From Acutalibacteraceae bacterium (GTDB lineage Bacteria; Bacillota; Clostridia; Oscillospirales; Acutalibacteraceae), in assembly GCA_045634985.1 (NCBI GenBank), contig JAZRBF010000013.1, positions 23,450 to 87,449 of the forward strand: DNA of 64,000 nucleotides. Reading direction: 5' to 3'. This document shows, piece by piece, positions 1 through 8,112 of this stretch; within the stretch, counting starts at the first letter, position 1; every line of letters starts with the position of its first letter. Below the pieces are notes generated by a model that saw only the letters and a program-made list of their open reading frames with translations, did no database searches and had not been told where the DNA came from. The position numbers and the translations under genes were made by a program.

Positions 1-3000
1 TGGTCGCCGATATCGGTTGCTTCAGAATTTGTCAAGTCGGCTTCGGTGAGATTTTTACATCCGTAGAATGTATATTCCTTAATATCCTTTAACTTTTCAA
101 GACCGTTCAGACTTTCGATTGAGCTGTAAGCAAAAGCATATTTTCCTGCTTTGCTTATTTTACTATCAATACCAATCGAAGTGAGTTTTTCACATTCATA
201 GAAAGCATATTCTCCGACCTCAAGAAGATTATCAAGACCGCTTAACGTTTCTATTCCGCTGTTTGCAAAAGCATAGTTTCCTGCTTTGGTTATTTTACTG
301 TTTTCAATGCCAACCGAAGCAAGGTTTTCGCATTCATAGAAAGTATAGTCGCCAACCTCAAGAAGATTTTCAAGACCGCTTAATGATTCTATTCCGCTGT
401 ATGCAAAAGCATAATTCCCCGCTTTGGTTATTTTACTGTTTTCGATATCAAGCGAAGTGAGATTTTCGCATTCATAGAACGTATAATCTTCAAGCTTGGT
501 TATTCCTGACATACCCGTTACAGTTACAACACTGCTGAATGCGAATGCGCCCTTGCTGAGAGCTTTTATGTTGTCGGGAATATGCACGGTTTTAAGCTTT
601 GTCATATAACAGAAAGTGAAATCGGGAAGAGTCTGAACGTTTTCGCCGATAACGATGCTTTTAAGTTCATCGCCGCAAAACGGAGAATCGTAAATGCCGT
701 CAATTTCTGTTTCACTGGAAGCGGTTTCAAAAACACAGTTTTTGCAGTTGTAATATAACACGTCAGCCACAATCTCCGAAAATGCACGTTCTTTAGCATT
801 TTCAAGACCTTCGGGCAGAGTGATTGCGGGAATCGTTATTCCGAAGAACGCAGACTTGTAAACGGTTTTTACGCTTTCGGGAATAACAAGAGCTTTTTCG
901 ATAGTGCAATACTCAAACGCATCTTCGCCTACGGCAACAATATTATCGGGGAGAACAAGCTCTTCTATGTTCGCCTTATACGCAATCGCTGTGGGGATAT
1001 ATTTTACGTTTTCACCGATAATAAATTTACCTATCTGTACACCGCTTGAGCTGACAATTCCTCTAAATCTTCCGCTTACATTCAGTTTTAAAGAACTGTC
1101 TTTGCAAGGAACTAAATCGGATTCATAACAGGTTGCGTTGAAAACAAAGTTTTCGATTCTGTCAACATATCGGAACACGTAATCGGAACGAATTTCTTTC
1201 ATGCTCGGAGGAATAACAATGCTCTCAATCGTGCCATAGGTGGCAAACGCATAGCCATCAATATATTCAACACCGTTTTCGAGCGTTATGTTTTTCAAAT
1301 CATAACAGGTGTCGAAGCAATGTTCGGGCACGGTTTTGATGTTTGCAGGGATTGTAACTTCCGTAATGCAGTTGCCTGCAAACGCATATTTGCCGAGATG
1401 CGTTACGGTTGACGGGAAATCAACATAGGTTAAGCTTGAATATTTGAACGCATAATCTTCAATTGAAACAAGACCCTCCAAAAGCGGTGCTGATTCAAGA
1501 GCATAACAGCCGTTAAAGGCGCTTGCACCGATTGTTGTTACTCCGCCGTGCATCACAACAGAGGTAAGATAAGGGCTTTCCATAAACATATTTTCAGGGA
1601 TAGCCTTTATGCTTTCGGGGATAACAACCTCGCCGCTTGCACCCGAATATTCAAACGCACCTTTTCCGATTTCTTTGATTGATGACGGAAGTGTGAGCGA
1701 ATATTCTTCAAGAATATCAAGAAAATTGTCGTGGTTTGCGAATGCGTTTTCACCGATTATTTCAAGGCCCTCATTAAGTGTCAGAGAAGTTATAAGCGGA
1801 TTTGCATAAAACGCTTTTGGACCTATGGATTTAACCGACGAGGGAATAACGATTTCAGAAGCGGGTCTTTTGCCTGCAAACGCACCTTCGCAGATATAAA
1901 CAACGCTTTCGGGAATGGTTATTTCACTCATACTGCTGCAAAGACTGTAGGTATAAGGTTCAATTACCGTTATGCCTTCGGGAATGTTTGTTTTGGTCAG
2001 ATTTGCACATTGGTTAAAAGCATATGCTTCTATTTTTCTTACCGTTTCGGGAAGAATGATTTCCGCTGCGGTTGCGCCCTCAAAAGTTTTTGTGCCGATT
2101 GCAATAACAGGATATTCAACCCCTTCGTTTTCAAAAACGTCGGGAACGGTCACAACACCCGTTGACGTTCCGCTGTAATCGGTTATTATTGCACCGTTTG
2201 CGGTCAAATCGTACGTATAATCGCCGCTTACAAAGCCGCTGCCCTGCGGTCTGAATTCTTCTTCACCCGAATATTCTTTTGAATAAATGCAATAACCTGT
2301 TTCGGGGTCAATGCGCTGGTAATAATTCAGCTTATCCACAAGAACTTTGCTGATATTTTCGTTATAGCCGTCTGTGAGAATAACTGTTTCGGGAGCATAA
2401 GTCTTTTCTGTATAATAGGTATAGCTTCCGCCAGGAGAAGTAACGTTATGTTGTGTTACACTGACGAAAAACGGATTCTCCTCGATTACTCCCGTTCCTT
2501 TAATAATCAGCGTTTTAAGATTCGGGTAGCAGATGGCACCTTTTGCAATACCCATATCTTCAATCGTCAGGCTTTCAAGGTATTCACTTGAGCCGAGAAG
2601 AGATGATGTCAGTTTGCTGAAAATCGGAGGAAGAACAATTTCTTTAATCCTTGTGCCGTCAAGAAGATAGCTCATAGATTTAAGATTGCGCGGAATATCA
2701 AGCTTTTCTATCTTGGTACCTCTGATAAAAGAGCTTCCGAGCCTTTGAATGCTTTCGGGAAGAACCAACGTTTTAAGAGCAGAACAATACTGGAAAGCAT
2801 ACTGTTCTATTTTGCAAAGACCTTCATTGAGAACAATTTCGGAAAGTGAACCGCAACTTTCAAATGCATTGGATTCAATAACTTTCAATGAAGTGGGAAA
2901 TTTAACAGAAGTAAGTGATGTACATCTTTTAAAAGCGGCGTAACCGATTCTTGTGAGTCCCTTCCCCTCTCCATAAAGAAAAGTGACGCTTTTAAGTGCG

Positions 3001-3500
3001 CTGCAATCTGCAAACGCATAGCTCCCGATCGTTTCAACGCCTGCAGGAATTGCTATTGATTTGAGGGCAGACATTTCCTCAAATGAATATGACGATATCA
3101 CCTTAAGCGTTTTGGGAAGAGACACTGTTTCAACGTTTTTTCGTTTTGAGCCGCGATAATAACATTTATCATTTACAAACTGAACGGCGATAACGGGCTT
3201 GCCGTCAAGATATTCGGGAATATCAACGTTTGTATCCGAGCCGTGATAGTCAAGAATACGCACGCCCTCAACCGTTACGGTTTCAACCTCATCGCCAACA
3301 AGTTCCTCCTGCTGGCTCCAGGTATAATCCTCGTATGCCCATGTTCCGTCGTTATACTGTGCTTTGGTGAAAACTTCGCATTCTTTTTCAGCCGCATATG
3401 CTTTTATAATGCCTAAGGCAAATTCGCCGAATAACTGTGTGCCCGCAATAAGCGATATTGCAAGAAATACTGAGCATATCTTTAAAAAAGTTTTTTTCAT
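1..3500 (-). CDS. Large BspA/TpLRR (LRR_5)-type leucine-rich-repeat surface protein with signal peptide; 3'-truncated by window edge (>1166 aa)
   Basis: ATG at 3500 with AAGGAGG RBS (3509-3515). Manual translation begins MKKTFLKICSVFLAISLIAG (signal peptide) followed by dozens of 'IP..V..IG..AF..C..L.S' units. The frame was checked at 3020, 2024, 1388 and 140 and stays open to the window edge, which is why the ORF track omits it. Confidence 0.92.
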   Translation of the reverse strand, partial: MKKTFLKICSVFLAISLIAGTQLFGEFALGIIKAYAAEKECEVFTKAQYNDGTWAYEDYTWSQQEELVGDEVETVTVEGVRILDYHGSDTNVDIPEYLDGKPVIAVQFVNDKCYYRGSKRKNVETVSLPKTLKVISSYSFEEMSALKSIAIPAGVETIGSYAFADCSALKSVTFLYGEGKGLTRIGYAAFKRCTSLTSVKFPTSLKVIESNAFESCGSLSEIVLNEGLCKIEQYAFQYCSALKTLVLPESIQRLGSSFIRGTKIEKLDIPRNLKSMSYLLDGTRIKEIVLPPIFSKLTSSLLGSSEYLESLTIEDMGIAKGAICYPNLKTLIIKGTGVIEENPFFVSVTQHNVTSPGGSYTYYTEKTYAPETVILTDGYNENISKVLVDKLNYYQRIDPETGYCIYSKEYSGEEEFRPQGSGFVSGDYTYDLTANGAIITDYSGTSTGVVTVPDVFENEGVEYPVIAIGTKTFEGATAAEIILPETVRKIEAYAFNQCANLTKTNIPEGITVIEPYTYSLCSSMSEITIPESVVYICEGAFAGKRPASEIVIPSSVKSIGPKAFYANPLITSLTLNEGLEIIGENAFANHDNFLDILEEYSLTLPSSIKEIGKGAFEYSGASGEVVIPESIKAIPENMFMESPYLTSVVMHGGVTTIGASAFNGCYALESAPLLEGLVSIEDYAFKYSSLTYVDFPSTVTHLGKYAFAGNCITEVTIPANIKTVPEHCFDTCYDLKNITLENGVEYIDGYAFATYGTIESIVIPPSMKEIRSDYVFRYVDRIENFVFNATCYESDLVPCKDSSLKLNVSGRFRGIVSSSGVQIGKFIIGENVKYIPTAIAYKANIEELVLPDNIVAVGEDAFEYCTIEKALVIPESVKTVYKSAFFGITIPAITLPEGLENAKERAFSEIVADVLYYNCKNCVFETASSETEIDGIYDSPFCGDELKSIVIGENVQTLPDFTFCYMTKLKTVHIPDNIKALSKGAFAFSSVVTVTGMSGITKLEDYTFYECENLTSLDIENSKITKAGNYAFAYSGIESLSGLENLLEVGDYTFYECENLASVGIENSKITKAGNYAFANSGIETLSGLDNLLEVGEYAFYECEKLTSIGIDSKISKAGKYAFAYSSIESLNGLEKLKDIKEYTFYGCKNLTEADLTNSEATDIGD
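60..490. repeat. Tandem ~135-138 bp coding repeat (two LRR units, ~46 aa per copy), about 3 copies plus a partial one, inside the LRR gene
   Basis: Copies start at ~116, 251 and 389. The first 100 nt of the copies at 251 and 389 differ at 13 positions by manual count. Confidence 0.85.
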
Positions 3501-3541
3501 AAATATTACCTCCTTTGATTTATGATAAATTCGTAATCAAA

Positions 3542-4480
3542 CTATTCCTTAAACACCATAAACGAGCACGAGCATCCTTTGTAACTGACGGTAACGAAAG
3601 CTTCTTTCGGCTTGAACACCGTCTTTCCGATTTCGGTTTCAACCGTATATTCATCGGCTGAAAGCTCCGTTTCATCGCCGTTGCTGTAAACCGCATAAAC
3701 CTGCATTTCTGAAAGATCGATGTTGTTAAGATCATTCGCCGTGAAATCAAAACTTTCAGGGAATATTGCATAAATCGACGTCAGTTTTTTCGTTTCCAGG
3801 CTTTCGATAACTCTGACTTCAAGAGTCTGCGTGAAATCACCGACTGTGATTTTAACCGTTTCATATTTCGGCTCTGTACCGAAGCTGTCGGAAACCTCAA
3901 CGGTGTAATCATCAATACGGACAAGCATTCTTTCGCCGTTATCGTATTCACCGAAAACCTTGAGTCCGTTTCCGCTGAAGCTTTCGCCAACAATATATTC
4001 CGTTTTGAATTCGGGAATTGTTTCAACGGTGATATTAATTAAACTTGCTTCTTTTTCTGTGGTAGTTCTTACAGGCTGAGTTGTTTCATCTTCTGAAATA
4101 ACATTTTCAAAGAATTCCGAAACGAAACCTGAAAGTGCCTGAACAAGAGTAACGTTTTCTTCAACTTTAATCTGTGTGCCTGCGGTGAAAAGGACCGTAA
4201 TCGCAGCACAAGCCGCAATAAGAGCCTTAAATTTGCGTTCGGTTTTGATACCGACTTTCTTTAAGAAATCCTTGCGTGAAATAAGGGGAAGAATCTTTGC
4301 TTCATCACCCGATCGGATTGCATTTATCGCATCAGCACATTCATCGATAAAATCAAAATCCGTGTCATCGCCTTTATCAAATTCAGCATCAATAATCGCT
4401 TCAAGCATATGGCAAAGCTCATCGGCAAGATTGCCCATAAAATCGGGGTGCATAAGTATTTCTTTGCTTACTGTCATCAT
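3542..4480 (-). CDS. Putative anti-sigma factor: cytoplasmic N-domain, one TM helix, Thr-rich linker, two bacterial Ig-like (Big_3-type) domains
   Basis: Starts 4 nt after the ECF stop with RBS AAGGAGG. TM segment ALIAACAAITVLFTAG. Big_3-like 'KTEYIVGESFSGNGLKVFGEYDNGE' and 'DLSEMQVYAVYSNGDETEL...YTV'. The anti-sigma role is inferred from position. Confidence 0.7.
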   Translation of the reverse strand: MMTVSKEILMHPDFMGNLADELCHMLEAIIDAEFDKGDDTDFDFIDECADAINAIRSGDEAKILPLISRKDFLKKVGIKTERKFKALIAACAAITVLFTAGTQIKVEENVTLVQALSGFVSEFFENVISEDETTQPVRTTTEKEASLINITVETIPEFKTEYIVGESFSGNGLKVFGEYDNGERMLVRIDDYTVEVSDSFGTEPKYETVKITVGDFTQTLEVRVIESLETKKLTSIYAIFPESFDFTANDLNNIDLSEMQVYAVYSNGDETELSADEYTVETEIGKTVFKPKEAFVTVSYKGCSCSFMVFKE

Positions 4481-4484
4481 TCCG

Positions 4485-5024
4485 TCAGCCTCCTTTCTTT
4501 TCAATATCAAAAGAATAAACCATATCTTTAATCTTGTTTCTTAATCGCATTAACCGCATCGATGCGGCAGGTCTTGATATTCCGAGTCTTTCTGCAATCT
4601 CCTCAACTCCGATTTTATGTATGTACCGCAAATCGTAAATTTGTTTTTCTTCATCGGTCAGAAGATTCAGAAGAATTTTTGCGATTTCTTCGTAGTCAAT
4701 CAGGTCAAGCCGTGATAAATATTCATCCGTGACTCCGACTTCAGCCGCATCTTCAAGCGGAATACTCCGCTTTGATTCAACGGCATCTTTTTGCTTTTGC
4801 CGTCTAACAAAATTATCCGCCGTGCGGTAGAGAAACGCTCTCGGATTTTCAAATTCTTCTCCGTTGAGAAGTTTGTTATAAAAAACAATGAAGGTCTCTT
4901 GCACACAGTCATCTGCAGCCTCCCGTGAACCGTCAAGGCGTGAAAGACAATAGTTGAAAAGCTTTATGCGGTATTCGTTATAGCATTCCTGCAGTAATGC
5001 GTTTGCACGCTTCTTTTCGCTCAT
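4485..5024 (-). CDS. ECF-type RNA polymerase sigma-70 factor
   Basis: Region 2 motif 'AADDCVQETFIVFY' and region 4 HTH 'EEIAERLGISRPAASMRLMRLR'; ~179 aa; RBS AAGGAG. Confidence 0.92.
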   Translation of the reverse strand: MSEKKRANALLQECYNEYRIKLFNYCLSRLDGSREAADDCVQETFIVFYNKLLNGEEFENPRAFLYRTADNFVRRQKQKDAVESKRSIPLEDAAEVGVTDEYLSRLDLIDYEEIAKILLNLLTDEEKQIYDLRYIHKIGVEEIAERLGISRPAASMRLMRLRNKIKDMVYSFDIEKKGG

Positions 5025-5056
5025 TATCCTCACTCCTTTCATCAGCCTTCATAATG

Positions 5057-5084
5057 TAGTCAACAAATTTTAAAAATGTAACGC
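5057..5084 (-). promoter_or_regulatory. Possible autoregulatory ECF promoter (GCGTTACA...GACTA)
   Basis: Non-sigmaA bipartite motif ~35-60 nt upstream of the ECF start, after an AT-rich tract. Pattern similarity only. Confidence 0.25.
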
Positions 5085-5230
5085 AAAAATTTCAAAAAAT
5101 TTAAAAATATTTTTCTGACTCCATTATAACCTTATAAATTGAATATAGCAACATAGTGGCAACGTAAATAATAGAAAATCAAATTATAACAGTTAAAGAT
5201 AAACAAGAAATACATTATATTACCGAATAA

Positions 5231-5272
5231 AAAAGACAGCAGTTGGGGAATCCCTTCTGCTGTCTGGTTTTT
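5231..5272. terminator. Intrinsic terminator-like hairpin
   Basis: AGACAGCAG-loop-CTGCTGTCT flanked by A and T runs. Confidence 0.6.
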
Positions 5273-5292
5273 CGGGTGTTTTGTGCCTTCAA

Positions 5293-5439
5293 AAAGGGGG
5301 CACATAAAGGGGCACATAGCTATCGAAAATGTGCGATATTTTGCGGTAATGATGCTAATTTAGAAAAATAGCGATTTTTAAAAAAAGCAAAAGAAAAATC
5401 CTGAAACCCTTATACATCAACGGTTTCAGGACTTGTTCG
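5293..5439. mobile_element. Putative integrative-element end (att junction remnant) at the 3' end of tRNA-Trp
   Basis: Tandem direct repeat AAAGGGGGCACATA/AAAGGGGCACATA (5293-5318), resembling integrase arm sites. Hairpin TCCTGAAACC-N13-GGTTTCAGGA (5399-5431) lies 8 nt from the tRNA CCA end. No integrase in the window. Confidence 0.5.
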
Positions 5440-5515
5440 TGGCAGGGGCAGAAGGACTTGAACCCTCGGCACGCGGTTTTGGAGACCGCTGCTCTACCAA
5501 CTGAGCTATACCCCT
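5440..5515 (-). tRNA. tRNA-Trp (CCA)
   Basis: Reverse complement AGGGGTATAGCTCAGTTGGTAGAGCAGCGGTCTCCAAAACCGCGTGCCGAGGGTTCAAGTCCTTCTGCCCCTGCCA; cloverleaf, anticodon CCA, encoded CCA end. Confidence 0.97.
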
Positions 5516-5527
5516 ATATTTAATTGG

Positions 5528-5604
5528 TGGTGGGCCATCAGGGACTCGAACCCCGGACCGACCGGTTATGAGCCGGTTGCTCTAACCAACTGAGCTAATG
5601 GCCC
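5528..5604 (-). tRNA. tRNA with CAT anticodon, most likely tRNA-Ile2 (lysidine-modified)
   Basis: Reverse complement GGGCCATTAGCTCAGTTGGTTAGAGCAACCGGCTCATAACCGGTCGGTCCGGGGTTCGAGTCCCTGATGGCCCACCA. It resembles Firmicute Ile2 and lacks the fMet GGG/CCC anticodon stem. Confidence 0.9.
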
Positions 5605-5627
5605 TTATTGCATTCGCAACATTTGAT

Positions 5628-5656
5628 ATCATACCAAAAACTTTTTCATTTGTCAA
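5628..5656 (-). promoter_or_regulatory. SigmaA promoter of the tRNA pair
   Basis: TTGACA (5651-5656), 17-nt spacer, extended -10 TGgTATGAT (5628-5636). Confidence 0.8.
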
Positions 5657-5694
5657 TATATATTTTCAGATTTTTTGATATTAGTTTTAATTTA

Positions 5695-5735
5695 AAAATG
5701 CAGATAACAAGGTTTCGTCCTGTCCTCTGCATTTT
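5695..5735 (-). terminator. Terminator after sdaAA
   Basis: AAAATGCAGA...TCTGCATTTT inverted repeat just past the stop codon. Confidence 0.55.
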
Positions 5736-5743
5736 CTCTATTT

Positions 5744-6616
5744 TCATCCGAATATTTTGCATTTAAGCGCGCAGCCTGTGGGCGTTGCAGCGCAACCGCC
5801 AAGCGCAGTTTCACGCAATTCCATAGGAAGTTTTTTGCCGACACGATACATCGCATCAGTCATTTCATTAAACGGAATTGCAGATTTAATTCCTGCAAGA
5901 GCCATTTCAGCACTTGTAAGCGCATTGGATGCACCTGCGGCATTTCTGCTCTGACAAGGCGCTTCAACAAGACCTGCAATCGGGTCGCAGACAAGACCGA
6001 GCATATTGCCGATTGCAATTGCCGCCGCCTCAAAACATTCCTCAGGTGTGCCACCCATAAGCTCAACCGCCGCTGCTGCAGCCATCGCTGCCGCAGAGCC
6101 GATTTCAGCCTGACAGCCTGCTTCCGCGCCCGAAACAGATGCATTTTTCATAAGAATTGAACCGACTGCACCTGCGGTAAACAATGCATCACAAAGCTTC
6201 TCATCGGGAATATCAAATTCCTCTGCAAGTGCAAAAATAACGGCTGGAACAACACCTGCAGAGCCTGCAGTAGGCGCTGCAACGATAACACCCATTGATG
6301 CATTAACCTCAAGCACAGCCTGGGAAAATATGAGTGCTTTCGTCAGCACATTGCCGCAAATTGACTTGCCCTCTACCCTTCTCTGCTCAAGCATTTTGGC
6401 TTCGCCGCCAATCATTCCGCCCATTGATTTCATTGCGTTTTTGAGCGGTGCGTGTGCAGATTCCTTCATTATTCTGAGAGATTTCATCATCCTCGCTTCA
6501 ACCTCATCGGCATCGCTTTCACCATAAACAATCTCCCGAAGGCGCATAATTTCAGATATCTTTTTATCTTCTTTTTTGCAAAGAGCAATAAGCTCCTGCG
6601 CTGTATTGAAATCCAT
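5744..6616 (-). CDS. sdaAA: L-serine dehydratase, Fe-S dependent, alpha subunit
   Basis: Motifs 'AAPTAGSAG', 'SGAEAGCQAE', 'LGLVCDPIAGLVEAPC', 'LRETALGG'. Confidence 0.95.
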   Translation of the reverse strand: MDFNTAQELIALCKKEDKKISEIMRLREIVYGESDADEVEARMMKSLRIMKESAHAPLKNAMKSMGGMIGGEAKMLEQRRVEGKSICGNVLTKALIFSQAVLEVNASMGVIVAAPTAGSAGVVPAVIFALAEEFDIPDEKLCDALFTAGAVGSILMKNASVSGAEAGCQAEIGSAAAMAAAAAVELMGGTPEECFEAAAIAIGNMLGLVCDPIAGLVEAPCQSRNAAGASNALTSAEMALAGIKSAIPFNEMTDAMYRVGKKLPMELRETALGGCAATPTGCALKCKIFG

Positions 6617-6637
6617 AATTTTTCTCCTTAACGGACA

Positions 6638-7309
6638 TTACTTTCTTTTGATAAGCATCGTGTCTTTAACAAAAGGATTCTTTTCAATTTCCTCAACCGT
6701 TGCTTTTGTGATTTCTTCGTCAGATTCAATAATCATATAAGCAACTCCGCCCTTTGTTTCGCGATAAACACGCAGATATGCAATGTTTACCTTGCATTTT
6801 GAAAGAGCCGTTGTAACATAAGCGATAACACCCGGATGATCTTTATGCTCGACAATAAGTGAGTGATATTCTCCTGTGAAATGCACCTTAACACCGTCGA
6901 TTCTTGTCAGACGCACTTTACCGCCGCCGATTGATTCACCTCTGACAGTATGTACTCTGCCTGTTACATCCTCAATAATCATATCAACTGTATTGGGATG
7001 CACATCGGTTTCAACGGTATTTGCTTCAAAAACAAATTCAAGCCCCTCTGTTTCAGCAATTTCAAATGAATCTCTGATTCGAATATCGTCGGTTTCAAAT
7101 CCCATCATACCGCCGAGAAGTGCTCTGTCTGTACCGTGACCTCTGTAAGTCTGAGCAAATGAGCCGTAAAGAATAAAAGTTACCTTTTTGATTTTTTCGT
7201 GCATCAGCTTGCGTGCAAGTCGGGCAATCGATGCCGCACCTGCAGTATGTGAGCTTGACGGACCGACCATATTTGGGCCGATTACTTCAAAAACGCTGAT
7301 AAAAGCCAT
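6638..7309 (-). CDS. sdaAB: L-serine dehydratase beta subunit with ACT domain
   Basis: Motifs 'IGPNMVGPSSSHTAGA', 'GHGTDRAL', 'SIGGG'; C-terminal ACT domain. Confidence 0.95.
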   Translation of the reverse strand: MAFISVFEVIGPNMVGPSSSHTAGAASIARLARKLMHEKIKKVTFILYGSFAQTYRGHGTDRALLGGMMGFETDDIRIRDSFEIAETEGLEFVFEANTVETDVHPNTVDMIIEDVTGRVHTVRGESIGGGKVRLTRIDGVKVHFTGEYHSLIVEHKDHPGVIAYVTTALSKCKVNIAYLRVYRETKGGVAYMIIESDEEITKATVEEIEKNPFVKDTMLIKRK

Positions 7310-7518
7310 AAAAAATTAACTCCTGTCAAGTTATTCTTCCATTATTATATTTATTATCATCCGCTATGTCAATAACATCAGATAATACAATATCTGATTT
7401 TACAAATGTTTGTGAGTTTATTCAACAAATATGTATAAAATGCAAATATTATCTTGATTTTTTATATGACTTGAATTATAATTATTATATATTATTCATT
7501 AATCAGGATGTGATTCCG

Positions 7519-8088
7519 ATGGAGCTTTTAAAGCAAAAAATACTTACCGAAGGCAAGGCTGTCGGTAACGATGTTGTCAAGGTCGATATGTTTCTCAACC
7601 ATCAGATTGATGTTGATTTGCTCAACGAAATCGGCAAGGAATTCAGAAGGCGTTTCCCTTCAGATAAAATAACAAAAATCGTTACAATTGAAGCTTCGGG
7701 TATCGGTATTGCGTGCATCGTTGCGCAGTATTTCGGCGTTCCTGTTGTTTTTGCAAAAAAAGGCGCAAACAGAAATGTAGGCGATAACCTTTACAAAGCA
7801 GATGTTTTCTCTTTTACAAAGGGAACAACAACAACCATCGGCATATCAAAGGACTATCTTTCACCCGATGATCACGTTCTTATTATCGACGATTTTATGG
7901 CAAACGGTAAGGCAGTTCACGGTCTTATCAACATTCTCAACCAGTCGGGCGCAACCGTTGAAGGCGTTGGTATCGTTATCGAAAAAGGCTTCCAGCCCGG
8001 CGGAGATTCTCTTCGTTCTCTTGGCTTTAAGGTTGAGTCATTGGCAATTATTAAATCCATTGATGACGAAAACATCATCTTTGGTTAA
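7519..8088 (+). CDS. xpt: Xanthine phosphoribosyltransferase
   Basis: 'KVDMFLNHQID', 'TIEASGI', PRPP motif 'VLIIDDFMANG'. Start re-assigned to ATG 7519. Confidence 0.93.
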   Translation: MELLKQKILTEGKAVGNDVVKVDMFLNHQIDVDLLNEIGKEFRRRFPSDKITKIVTIEASGIGIACIVAQYFGVPVVFAKKGANRNVGDNLYKADVFSFTKGTTTTIGISKDYLSPDDHVLIIDDFMANGKAVHGLINILNQSGATVEGVGIVIEKGFQPGGDSLRSLGFKVESLAIIKSIDDENIIFG

Positions 8089-8112
8089 TAAAAATTTCAG
8101 GAGGTAACCCAA

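Noticed and set aside
60-490. CRISPR array or DGR template/variable repeat
   Set aside because: The units are contiguous, in-frame coding repeats with no spacers. Mismatches are not adenine-specific, and no cas or reverse transcriptase gene is in the window.
263-2943. Short ORFs listed in the first 3 kb
   Set aside because: They are antisense or off-frame shadows of the single long minus-strand LRR gene.
5132-5317. 61-aa ORF starting MCPFMCP
   Set aside because: It arises from the GGGGCACATA repeat and AT-rich intergenic DNA; no RBS or protein-like composition.
5528-5604. tRNA-Met or fMet call for the CAT tRNA
   Set aside because: It lacks initiator features (C1:A72 mismatch, three G-C anticodon-stem pairs) and resembles Ile2. 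Elongator Met cannot be fully excluded without a covariance model.
7310-7518. Purine riboswitch upstream of xpt, and the longer ORF start at 7366
   Set aside because: The region is AT-rich promoter DNA without the purine aptamer core; protein similarity begins at ATG 7519.
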